From NCBI GenBank assembly GCA_050084985.1, contig JBITNC010000001.1, positions 115,816,001-115,880,000 on the forward strand: a stretch of DNA of 64,000 nucleotides, read 5' to 3'. A program made the translations under genes and the position numbers. Each line of letters begins with the position of its first letter. The first letter of the stretch is position 1. The notes under the pieces were generated by a model. It did not search any database. It was not told the origin of the DNA and saw nothing but the letters and a program-made list of their open reading frames with translations. This document shows positions 39,497 through 52,760 of this stretch, in pieces. Origin of the DNA: Nageia nagi (lineage: Eukaryota; Plantae; Pinophyta).

Positions 39497-40288
39497 TATT
39501 GACACCTAAAAGTGGTCCCCTTAACACAATCCCACTTAGGTATAACTTTACACATACATTTAATCATATTTTACCTTATTATCACATATTTCTTAGGTTA
39601 TATTCTTATTTTTTATTTTAGGTACATTGGGAAGGCTTCAACCAATATTCAAGGGGTAAAATGGTGATATCATGCTTGATATAAATGTAAGTATCTCTAA
39701 CTTGGGGAAAGCAAGTCAATATTACATCTTGATAGTCGACACCCCACACTTGGGTGTTTCTAAATTTCACCTATTGAGAATAGAATCTTGTTATCACTTG
39801 AGTGAATATTTTTTATCTATTTGTGTGATCATATGCTTGATTTGACTTGTTATCATATTCATTGTCATCGATCCTTGTTGGTGAACCTCATTCCTTAGGA
39901 ATGTTCACATCCATGTTGATGTTTGCACCCATGTTGAGCTCTTAGAGATTAGCATCCACATTAATGTTTCTTTTGCATTTGTCCTTAGGGTTTGCATAAT
40001 AAGGCCACTACTCTTTGACAAGTTCATTGATTGTATCCTCAACCATGACATAGTTAAGGACATATAGGTATTTATCTTTCACTTTATTCCTTCTTCTTTA
40101 GTGCATGTAGATCATTTTACATCTTGATATCAATGTAATTTATTATTTATATTATTGCATTATAGTATTACCTTATTCATGTATGTTTATTTGATTAAAA
40201 TAGATTAGATAATTCATACAATAAATATTTATGTATATTTTGTTCATTTACAGTAAAACACTAGGTGATACCAAAACACATATCAACA
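39497..40288 (+). repeat. 3' LTR of the Tat-type element
   Basis: PPT AAAGGGGGGCA, then T(A)TTGACACCTAAAA...ATCAACA; homologous to 22730-23983. Confidence 0.85.
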
Positions 40289-40424
40289 AGGTACTAGATG
40301 ACCTAGACACTTTTTGAGAGAACATGATACTGGTGATACTTATTCATTTTGAGATATTGTGAGGTGATTTTTGTAAAATGCTCATGATGCTTATGTATTA
40401 CTTTTTTATGGCCTTGAGCCACAT

Positions 40425-40425
<1 letters not shown>

Positions 40426-40484
<59 letters not shown>
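40426..40484. repeat. (TA)n(TG)n microsatellite
   Basis: Direct reading. Confidence 0.95.
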
Positions 40485-40485
<1 letters not shown>

Positions 40486-40999
40486 TAGGTTTTTTATACA
40501 CTTGTGTTTATGAATGAATGCATTTACATGTCTATATTTTATGTTATGCTTTTGTGAATTATATGAATTTTTTTAATTCAATTCTATTATTATGTTTTTT
40601 ATATTTTGTTATGGAATTATATAATTTCATTTAATGCATGTGTAAACTAATGTAACATTACAATACTTTATGAGATGGTTATGCATTTTACTTTTAAGAT
40701 ATTACCTTAAATATTTTGCTTTTTATATTTTTAAATGATAAATAGTAATACATGGTGGTTTGATGTAGTATTTTTAGGATCACTTCCATTTTAATATGTT
40801 GAATGGGACCTTGCTCTATACATTTTGCAAAATAATGAGAAGAAATACCATTCAACTATCTTGACCCATGGTAAGATAAGATAAAACAATGAGAGATTTG
40901 CAACAATGAAATATAATAAATGGACTCAACGAGCAAAGCAAATAGTTTTGGAACTAAATTCTATCTTAATGTGCAAAATGTGCTCTATCTCTAATCAAA

Positions 41000-43900
41000 C
41001 TAGGAAGGATATGATGTCTAACTATTCCAATACCTTATGAATGTTATAAGAAAATACAATGAAATCAAAGCAAATAACATTAAACAATGATAAGCATACC
41101 AATTGATATTAGGATATGAGTGACTATTGGTTATCATATTCATAAAAAAAACATAGGAAACATTAAAATTGAGGAACCATCCAAGTATTGACTCATGAAT
41201 ATTAATATCTAGCTTGATGAAATAAAACAAGTGATGTTTGGAAAGGGACTCCTAGAGCTACTTAGTATAGCTTGCATAGGGATTCTTCCTGGGTGAGCAT
41301 ATAAAAGTGAAAAGAAAAAGCAAATAATACTAACATATCATTGTGTAATGATGAAAACATGATAAGGAGATAATAAGAAAGTGATATAATTACATAATCA
41401 TTAAGATCATTAAGTTTTAAGTTGTTTATCTTTTTTTAAGAATAAAATATGCAAGAAGGATCATAAATAAGGAAAAAACAAAGGAAACGATCATGCCCTT
41501 CCCTATATGTCAAAAGGTTGAAGGTAGATAATTTTTATCATTTCAACCTCCTTTATCCCTTTTAATGTAGCCAAGTGGTATTATCCTAAGTAAAATTTGT
41601 GTTTTACCACATACAAACCTAACCAATTTGGAGCCAACTTGTCTCTCAAAGCCTGCTTTTGGTGCGTATTCTTTGATTTTCCTTAAGTACTATGTCATCA
41701 ATATGAAGTTATCATAGTTTCACTCTTTTGTTATATGCTTTCTTGATATGATTATGATATACCTTAAAGTGCTCCAAGGCATTGATCTACATTTAATCTA
41801 GTAAAACCAATTGATCCAATTTAGCTTGTTTGGCCTTAGGTTCTAGTAATAAATCTTGTAATTGAATCCTCATAAATGGGATATAAAGCTCTAAAGGCAT
41901 GACTACCTCTTCCCCATAAACTAATAAAAATGGTGTTACACTTGTAGTATTTTTAATATTAGTTTTGTAGGCCCATAATGCAAGAGTAATTTGAGCATGA
42001 CAATCATTATTAGATATGTTGATGATCTTTTTTAGAATGGTAACTATTATATTATTCATAGCCTCCACTTTCCCATTGCCTTGTGGATAGTAAGGAGTTG
42101 AAAAATTGTGATTGATGTTATATCTATAACAAAATCTTTGCATATCCGTATTTTTTAAATTAGGACCATTATTTGAAACTATTCATGTAGGTATACCAAA
42201 CTGATTGATGATATTGTGCTTTATGAACTCAATAATCTTAGGATCTTTATTGGATGTCATGGGTGTTTCTTTAACCCATTTTTTGAAATATTTTATGGTT
42301 GTAATTATGAACTTGTTCCCCCTATATGAGGGTGAATTTATTTTATTGATTAGATCAAAGCTCCATCTTGAGAATGGCCATGTAGCCTAGATTGGTTGCA
42401 ATGCTTAACAAGGTGTATGTATCAAATTTACATGTTAGTATTTTATGCATTTTTGGATATAATTGTGATAGTCTCTCTTCATGGTGGGCCAATAGTAATC
42501 CATTTTAATCAAGAATTTGGCAATGCATAACCATTAAAATGTTCCCCAAAGGTTTCATTATGATAAGTGTGCATTGCTATTTGTTGATTTGACCATTCTA
42601 TGGATCTAAGAAGCATATCATTGTATCCTATCCTATACATAACATCTCCTAGAATGGATTTTTACTTAAATTATCATTTCTCTCCTATAGACATGATTGA
42701 CTATAAAGTCCCCCATTTGAGATAGTCTTTGAATTATTGATACAATAGGACATTTGATTCCATATTTACCTCGTTGATTTGTATTGTTGATACCTCATAA
42801 GGAAGGGACAATTTTAGATTATGATTATACATTGTGATTATCTCCAAATGAGTGATTTTTCAAAATGAATTTTGTAATATGAGAGATCCTAATGATTCCA
42901 TAGTATCCAAAAACTAGTTAGATAACCTAGGACTTTATTCTAAATCATAGCCTTTAAAGTATTCAAATAATTTTTCTACTAAAGCCTTGTACTACTAGAG
43001 AAGAGGTTGGTTACATACAAAAATACCCTTGATCTAATTAACTATCAAAAATGAATCACTATAAATATTTATGCATTCAAGCTTCTTGTTAATTGCCAAT
43101 TTTAAACCAAGATAAGTGCTTCATATTCTCCATTGTTATTTGTACACTTAAAAGCTAGTTTGAAAGAGAATGTAATGAGAACACCCTAAGGGGTTATGAA
43201 AACCATGTTGATGCCTCCCCTTATTAATATCATGAACTATCAAACTATAAGGTCATGTCATAATCCTCCTTATCGACCTCCTCCTAAATTTTGAAAATAC
43301 AAAACAAGTTACTATTTGGCAACTCAATATTTAGGGGGATGTTATTTTTCTATGGAGCTTTCACCAACTATTCTATAATGAATTGACCTATAATATATTT
43401 TTTATTGATGAATTCAAGATCAAATTCTATAAGAAACATGATTAATTTGGTGACCTTGGCATTGAGGACCATTTTGTTCATCATATACTTTATAGGATCC
43501 ATTTTAGATATTACATAGGTCTTTTGGTTAAGCATATAATGCCTATGCTTTTGGGTTGCAAATATAACTACCAAACATATCTTCTCTAGATGTGTATACT
43601 TAACCTCATAAATTGCTAGAGTCTGACTCAATTATTATATCACTTTCTCCTTTTTTGATTCTTTTTTTGTGCCAACATTAAGCCTAAAGAAAAATTGATA
43701 CCTGATATGTAAAGATGAAATGGAACTCCCAATCTAGGAGGAGTGAAGATGAGAGGATGCGTAATATATTTATTAATAGTATCAAAAGCCTCTTAACACT
43801 CTAAATGTCATACAAAGTTCAAAAAAATATTTAGCAGTTTATTGAATAGAAGACACTTATCAGATAACTATGCTATGAATACCCTAATGGTTTGAATCTT

Positions 43901-46900
43901 TCCTTGTAGGCTTTGCAACTATTTTAAATTTTGAGGATGAGATATTTCATTTATCACCTTAACATTATTGGGGTATTCATCAATGCCTCTTTTTGATACA
44001 ATAAAGGCAAACAATTTTCCTCTTAGAACCTTGAATACACACTTATTAGGATTCAACTTGAAATTGTATTCTAGTAGTTGACCTAGGATTTTGCACATAA
44101 CCTCTAAGTGAGACTTGTGTTTTAGATTTTATAATGAGATCATCCACTTAATATTAAAATATATCATGTATATATTCATGTAGGATGTATTTAATAGCCC
44201 TTTAGCATGTCGGACCTACATTCTTGAGGCCAAAGGGCATAACCTTATAGTAATAGGTTCCCTAGGGTTTTGTCAATGTTATTTTATGTTGATCTCCTTC
44301 AGTAATCATGATTTGGTTATACCCTAGAAAATCATCCATTAAAGAAAAAATTTTATATTTAAAGGTATTTTATACTAAGGTATCAATATTTGTAAGTGAA
44401 AAATTATCTTTAGGACATGCCTTATTTACATCTCTAAAATTGATGCAAATTATGATTCTCCTATCTAGTTTTGGCACTATGACAAGATTAGAGACCAATT
44501 TTAGATAGGAAATAACTTCTATAAATTTTTAATTTAACATTTATTGAAGCTCAAATTTCACTAATAAAGTCTTTGCAAGATGCATTCTATATGGTTTCTA
44601 CTTAACTGATTTTGCCTCCTCCCTTAAGGTCAAATTGTGCACCACTAAGTTTATATCCAAGCCTGGCATATATTGATATATATAGGCAAAGACTTTGATT
44701 CTTTTCTTTATATTCATGATACATAATTTCATTTCCTCTTTGTTAATACTCTAACCAAACTACACCATATTTAAATTATTTGTCTCATCTCCTAGATCAA
44801 TTATTGTAGCCTTCTCTAGTAGTATATTAGATTCCTCTTTCCATTGATGGTTAAGAAAGGGCCAATAAGCATCCTCGTATGGATCCTCACCAAGGAGATA
44901 AGCATGGTAACTTGGAAGAATAAAAAGATAATATGTGTCCAAATCAATAGTGTATAATCTAGATAAATAAGAGGTATCTTTTTCCATAACATGAAAATCA
45001 TCAAAGTCAAGAGCTTGAACATAAGGATAAATATACAACACATCAATAATATTAATTTGTTTGAATATAAAAGGAGGAAGAGAACATTGATACATTGGTG
45101 AGGAAGGCATATCGATTAATGTATCTTCATAAGGGAAGGATGGTTCCTCATAATCCCCCTCATCTTAAATCTCATGGATCTGGCTTATGGTTGTTTTTAT
45201 TCAAGGGCCTTTATAACCAAGGGCTTATTTATCTTTATCACCCTAGCTAGGTAGTTACATGACATGTATGGTACCTTTATCATACCTTTCCAAACCATAT
45301 TCATACAATTTGCACTTGGCAAAGTAGTGGAGGATAAAATATGGCCTAGAAAGGTAGTCTATCTTATCATAGAGACTCTATTTTGATAGTACTCTATATT
45401 TTGTATATGCTAGTAGATTTGATCTTGCATACACAAAATATGTTTGATTTTGTGATGGTCTAAGTGGAACCAAAGTACCAATGGCAAAGGGAGACTCACA
45501 TGGGAACCCCACATCCTATAAGTAAAGGATATTAAACAAAATATTATTTTTTGAATACTCCCCTATGTTGATATTTAAATTTTTTATGTCCACTCTTAAT
45601 ACATGATCTTGATCTTGAAGGGATTCCTCCTTTTTCTTTTTAAGTGCAACTTCATAACAAATTCCTCTATTTTTGTATTTTTCCATGGTTCACTTATAAA
45701 GTAATTGCTTAGCATATCCTTTTTGGCTAATGTTTGTTTAAGTATTTTATCTAGATATTTTGCTCTTGCCTTCCAAGAGTTTTCTTCCTAAAGCATATGG
45801 GAAGGAACAAGAGGCTTCTTTTCTTTATATGATCATTTGATAAGCTTATTGATCTATAGTTATGTATATTTTTCATTTATTTTAAAAGTTTCATTTAATT
45901 TTGCTTTTTTATATCTCTTTTCAATCATGATTTACTTTAGATATTTTTGGCTCTTCATTAATGTTATGGCCAAGATACAATGGATCTTAGTTAATGTTGA
46001 TAATTTTTAGATAGATATGTGTGTATGTAAGGATAGGTACCTATGGTAAATTAATGATATTATAGTGTCTAAAGGGTTCCTCATCCATCCATATATAGTA
46101 TACAACTCCATCCTCAAGATATTTCATGCATCTATGTAGTGTAGATGGCACATATTCCATCTCTCTGATCCAAAGCTGACCAAGTAAGAAGTTATATTAT
46201 TTTTCCCCTTCAATCACTTGAAAGCATGAATGATTTGTCTTAGATAATACTAATATAATTAACTCAATGCTATCTAATGTGTTCCATAACTAATTTTTGA
46301 AGGCTCATAAGATCAATGTAGGTGATTGCAAATGTAAAAGAGCAAGATTGAGCTTACCCAAAGCTATTGATGATACCACATTTATAGTTGATCCCTCATC
46401 GACTATAACTCTTTTGAAGTTCTTTCCATAAACCTAAGTAATAATGTATAGTGCTTGGTTCTTATACTTTAGATTTGCTACATTCTAGATTTCATGTTGA
46501 TAAAAAGGAATGAAAGGTTCGACATTTGCTTGCACACTCCTCACAAAATTGGCAAAAGCATTGGTATTTGTTACATCTAAGTCCATAGGATTTATAATTT
46601 TTTTTTATGCTTATCTATGTGAATGGGAATTTTGAATCAAATCCTATAACAAGAACTTGATGGGGGTTAATCTCAATTGTTGAGCTCTAGATTACTCCTT
46701 AATTTTTCTTGGATATCCCCATTAAGTTATACATGGGGGAGGATGTATATAATTTTGCATATTAGGGTCTTCCACCCCCCTTATTAAGCATTATTGTGAC
46801 CTTTTTATTTCCTTTTCCTTTCTCCTTATATTGTTAGATTCTTGTTACTACATTAACCATACCAACAAAATGAGACTATTTTGTATCATGCACCTATTAT

Positions 46901-49900
46901 TGATGTGACCCATAATCATAAGAAATATTTTACTTAGGAAAATATTGGTTTTTATATTTAGTGGTTCCCACTTGGTTCACATTCCATTTTGGCAAGATAT
47001 TCTTATATATTTGTATTTTGCTATAAATTAGAAGATGTGCCATTGAAGGTTAGTTTTCCACTATCTATTAGTATCATTTCCTCATACTCTATGAAATTCA
47101 TAAAATTTATCATCTTTGTACCATGATTTAAAGGCCCAACTAGGATCCAAATTAACTTTTGATAATATTAAAAAATATTTTTCATTCAGCTTCTTGAATA
47201 TTTGAGATAAGTGTTCTCCCAAGAGTGTAAAATTTTTTGGTTTCCTATATGATTGTTCCTGATCAAAATTTTTGCATATGGCTATTTTTATAATTATAAC
47301 TGAGCTCATGGCACATTTGAAGTTGAGTTTGAGGTGGCACTTGGAGCATTACTTGGTTTACTTGAGCCTTTACACCATTTTTTGTACCATTTTTATTTGC
47401 ATTAGGTCCTCTATTATCATTCTATCAATTATATTCCTTTTTTTCTAACTTGATCTCATGATTTTGGACCATGACCTTTTCTTTGATTTTTTCCTATGAA
47501 ATTGCTTACTCAAAGGTCTTATGTTGTTGAATCTGAAGAAGAGTAGAGATTTTTTTATTGCACCTTTTACTAAATAATCTTACTAACTCTTCTTATGGTA
47601 ATGAAAAATTCATATCCATAATCAAATTCCTCCACTATAAAAAATAATCTAATATGGACTTTTGATCATACTATGCCAACTTCATGATATCGATGATGGA
47701 AGATCTCTTCTTGATATTGATAGAAATATGGTTAAGAAAGAGATTTTCCAATTGATCAAACCTAGAAATATTATTTAGGTAATGCATTATACCAATTCAT
47801 AGCTTGCCCCCTAAGGGTCATCGAAAATGTTATCAACATTAACATATCATCATTAGCAATTTGATAACAAGTGTATTTAAATTGCTTGAGATTCTCTTTT
47901 GGATCCTCTTTACTTATAAATTTGTCAATATTTGGCATCTCAAAATTTTTGAATAATGTCTCATAGGCACCCATGGACTAATTGGTTTGTTACAAATTTA
48001 TCCATAATTGAACTTAAACACACCATGATTGCTAGAGTTTACCTCTAATTATTATAGCCTTTTCATTATTCTAACCTCATTGCTCATAGAAGATTAATTT
48101 TATTATGCAATTAATTATCTATAATGCTCCCACTAATTATTCTATTGACCTTGACCATTTATATTATTGATTTATCCTTGATATGATTGATTTTTTCCCT
48201 CATGGGACTAAAATTGATAAGCTTATTAAGAGTTATTCAATAAGCTCATTTGCCTTACAAATGGATGGGAAATAGGGTCATAGTAACTACCCTATTGTCC
48301 CAATGATTGACCTTGCATATTTTTCCCATATAATTATTGCATATTTTGACCTTGGCTTTGTTGTACACATTGATACTAATTTTTCATATTTTACACATAG
48401 GATGGTTGTGTATTTTGACACTAATTTTGTTGAGTACTTTGATACTGATTTTGCATTATGTAGATATTTTGTTGCATTTTCTCCATAAGTTTTTATAACA
48501 CCTTTATATTGGATGAAGTTGAAGTACTTTGTATATGATTACCTTGGGGTTGAGTTTGACTAGCTTATGCTGCATATTGGTATTGCATATAATTTTGTGA
48601 ATTTTTTTAGAAATTTAACATGTTATGTAGAGGAACATTTTGAAAATGAGCCGTATTTTGAGTTTGTACATTTTGAGTACTTGGTTTGGTATACACAAAG
48701 GTTTGGCTAAGATATTTCCAATCATCAAGATTAACTTGGTTGGAGGTATTTATAATAGGATTGGGCATTTTAGAATTTGGATCTATTTTCCATACCCCTT
48801 GGTTCAATGGAACTAGTGGATTAGAGGTGGTATTACCTTAAACATTTAGTTGGTTTGATATGGAAACATTTTGATAGTAATTACATTGGGTTAAGCTATT
48901 TATCTTTTGAAAAGGATGAGACAATTATTGTTGTGTAATATTTTGAAAATTAGGCATTTAACTTTGAAAATGTGGTTACAAAACTTTTCGATATTGTTGA
49001 AGAACACTTTGGCTATCTTGAGACAGCCTTTATTGAATTCTTCTTATGCCTTTTGAATATTAAATTGAAAGTTTTACAAATCAATATTAGGATTTATATT
49101 TTAGACCATAAGTTGCTCTTTAGGTTGAGATGGTAGTTTAAATACTAGTTCTTAAGTGGTAGGCAAGCTACAATCTTGTGGTGGGCACTAACCATGGCCA
49201 ATACTTTGTGATATATGTGGATTTGAAGGAACACAAGTGGTATATAGTTTAGGGAGTTTATTTATTTTTTTGATTCATAATCTCTTGGTACCAATTAGAT
49301 GTATTTGTATCTTTTTTATTTATCATCACTTGAACAAAATACTAACTTGTAGCTTTTAAGGGCTCATGATCCTCAAACATCATTGAGTTATATTGATTAG
49401 ACCAAATTGGAATATTCCTTGGTATCTTTTGGCCTTATTTAAAGGATTGGTTTCTAGGGCCAAAAGCATTATTCACTTGTTCCACCATTTTAAATAATTC
49501 ATTCAATATGAGCCTTTGAAAATGTTTAAGAGCTTGAGTTAATTGAATGGATTCATTATTAATATTTGAAGCTTCCTCTTCATTTACAATATTATGATTA
49601 TGCTTCTTTTTAGCTTGAGATCTTTTCTTAACCATCCTAATGGTAGGATTCTCATCCCACCCATCAAAACTCATACATGGATTGAAATCCACTTAGATGT
49701 TTAGCAAAAAAATTTAGAATAAGATAAGAAAAATTGAACTAAACTTTCTCAAAAATGTAAATAAATAAATAATACCAAACTTAGGGTATATTGAGATCAG
49801 ATCTTGATTTAGTAAGAGTGCAACTTAACCAATCAACCTTAGTACGCAATGTAATTCCTAAATAAAGATAGTAATAATTCTAGATAGTAATTTTTAATTA

Positions 49901-52644
49901 GTTATCTAATTGCTTCTTTGTTCAATTTTGAATCTTATCTTTTTAATATAGGTTTATTTTAATGCAAGAGTAAGTTTTGACTCACCTTTTTTAGTTTTCT
50001 TAAAATATGAAGCTAGTTAAGTGTTTCTCAAGGTAAGGCTCAATATCTAGGGGGTAGATTATTATGTAGGGTATCACAACTACCCTATATAGGAGGATGT
50101 CCCAAATAGAGGGGGCATCCCACTTTGGTTTTCAACTCTAAGTATGGTTTAGGTCATGGGAATAAGGTTCACATGCTCGATATAAGCCTATGAGATTAAG
50201 AGTTAAAATAAATATGATAATGCACTTTATTATGATAATGCAAGTCTAATCCCTTCACAATGCTTTTGCAATCCCACCCAAGTATGCTCTTCTCAATATT
50301 TTTTACCTTTTCCAAAATTAAATATAATGTAAATTATATATTTTTGGATGAAAATAATCCTAGGTAAAGTAATTTCCAATAGTAAAATAAAACCTTTTCC
50401 CAAATTTGCTTTTTATTTCCAAAGTAGATTTTGTGTGAATGCACCAATTCCCACTAATATGAATGCAATTTTTTCACTAAGATCAACAAAATAAAAGGGC
50501 CAATCCTAGTATGAAGGGAGAAAAGAAGCAATATTGACAAGATTCTTGAAGTAAATCAAACATTCACCTAGCTATAAACATTCCTACCTGCTCCAATTTG
50601 TGATGCAAATTGGGTTACAAGTCCCTTACAAATGAGAGATCTTAAAAAAGTGTCAATCATCAAGATGAATTTTAAAACAAAAAATGAATGCATACTTTCA
50701 ATACAATTGTAATCCAACCAAAAACTAGGTTTTACAAGTTTCTACTTGGTTGTGACAAGCCAAAAACCACTACTTTAATAAAAAAAATATAATACTATGC
50801 AATAAAATACCATTCTCTATTTTAAAACACAATATAAGACCACACTTTGCCTTATTTTTTCTAAGAAAACTTGCTTTTTATTTTAAAACATGGAGTATTT
50901 TTGATCACTTATTATGTTTTGTAATTATCTTCCAAATGTGGTATATTCACCTTAAGGCATTGTGCATTTTAAACTAAGTGTGATGCATTTTGGTGTGAAC
51001 CTCCCAAGTGTAGTGTATTCTTCCCTAGGTGTGGTATGCTTCAAAGCCAAATATGGCATTTTTAATGCTAGGAATGGTGCACTTTTATCTTTTCTCTCTA
51101 GACATGACACGTTCTACTTGAGATATGATATGTTTTGTACTTGACACAAGGTATTTCCTTACATGATATTTTTTACTCATTGAGATACTCTACAAAATAG
51201 GACTCTACTCCCAAACATGGTACGTCTAATACTATAAAAGGTAGGGCACTGCATTTTGTCAAAAACCACATATTTAAGCTCCAAATTTTATGGATCTATT
51301 TTGTCTCTTAAGGTATATTATCCTTTCCAAAAATCAATTTCAATTTCCCATTAGATCACAAGAATTTACAAATTTAATCCAATCATGCTAGGGAATTTTT
51401 TTGAAATCAAGAAAAAGAGGTTTTGTAGGGAAATATAAAAAATGATCCAAATACCAAGATTCAACCAAGGATAGGTTCACTTTGAGGTCACCAATTAATG
51501 TACACCTAAAATCCTTTCTCTCATGTACCAAACACACTTAATATGTCAATACATATAAGAATTCAATATATGACATAACATATGCTTTTAAAGTTAGAAA
51601 TGGATGTAAAATGTTACAAAAACCTAAATGAATCTAAAAATTGTAGGGGGGCTCCAATTTGGGCCCCTTGAGGTGAGTTTCATAACCCTAAATGGTAAAT
51701 TGAACCCCCTAACCTCAAATCAATAAAGGTAAAGAATTATTAAATGCTTATTATGTAATGTGTATATGCCTATTTGTATTTTAAGAAAGTATGATGGTGT
51801 AACAACAATTTAGGATGGATCTAACCACACAATTAAGCAATATAATAGTTTGATTTAAAACCTTTAAAATGATTCAAACCTTAACAATGGACAAGAAACC
51901 TTAAATATCCTTAGATATCAAGGATATAAGGATACCCACAAGGTTTATAATGCAATTACACCATGGATCTATGAATCTAATGAAATAAACAATGTAATTA
52001 AGATGAATTTAAACCTAAAATTATTTTACATGCACACAAACTATGAAATAAGTAAGGATTTATTCAAAGATACACCTCCTCCTAGCTTTAGTCCAATTCT
52101 ATGGTGAGAATCACTCCAAACCCGAAATTTACCTCACAAATACCATAATATTACAATATGTTATACAATTCAACTACTAGAAGTTACCCAATGGATGTAT
52201 GATGAAGATATTAGGCATGTTGTGGTTTAAAATCCTCCAAAAATCTTCAAACCCTTGAGTAATCTTTCAAAATACTAGCATGAAATCTTGGAGTAATTTT
52301 GAGTAATAATTCACAAGTGACTAAGAGCATAATAGAATAATTAGATAAGAGAGAGGAAATCTAATTTTACATTATGTTATATATATCACTCATAACTTAA
52401 GTTTAGGTATCTAGGTAATACCTATTTTTTCTTTATTTAGATTCTAAGTGATTATTCTCCTTTTTGAATAACTTAAGTGATTTTAATGCTTTATGAAATA
52501 TTTTACACTTTAGAACATTTGAATAATTATTTTAAACTTTTAGATATTTAGAATCATGTCATTTCAAAGCAATAATATGAATAAAGCATGTACAATCCAA
52601 TAGGTTCACATATTTAGCAAATATGTCCTTTTTAGGTGTCTATA
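41000..52644 (-). mobile_element. Degenerate Tat/Ogre-type Ty3/gypsy element (5' LTR, PBS, gag, PR, RT, RH, extra RH, INT); 3' LTR not seen
   Basis: LTR 51499-52644 with inverted ends TGTACACCTAAAA / TTTTAGGTGTCTATA. PBS-like TGGTGACCTC at 51484-51493 (minus). Gag 47771-47974 (DPKENLKQF...TLRGQAMNWY). Protease VIVDEGSTIN and YNFLLGQLWI (46170-46410). RT VMPFGLKNV (~44220-44245). RH ORF 43368-43631. TNNNGEYEAL (~43115-43145). Integrase STPYYPQGNGKVEAMN (41793-42143). Confidence 0.9.
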
Positions 52645-52760
52645 AGTTCTACCTCCATAATTTGTCTCCTATATTCTTAAGCTCAAATAACCTCTCTATG
52701 TAGGTCATCTAAGGATTGTTACATCCAAGCTTGGTGCTCAACCATGCTAATACTAGGCTC

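Larger units (their letters stand above)
22730..40288 (+). mobile_element. Tat-type LTR element with gag but no pol and an antisense PMD gene; hosts nested insertions
   Basis: Homologous LTRs at 22730-23983 and 39497-40288. Gag at 24160-26800. PPT AAAGGGGGGCA at 39484-39494. PMD on the minus strand at 35400-37372. Confidence 0.7.

Noticed and set aside
48300-48470. Imperfect short repeats (TTG.ATATTTTGA)
   Set aside because: They fall within the low-complexity N-terminal region of the decayed gag and are not a separate element.
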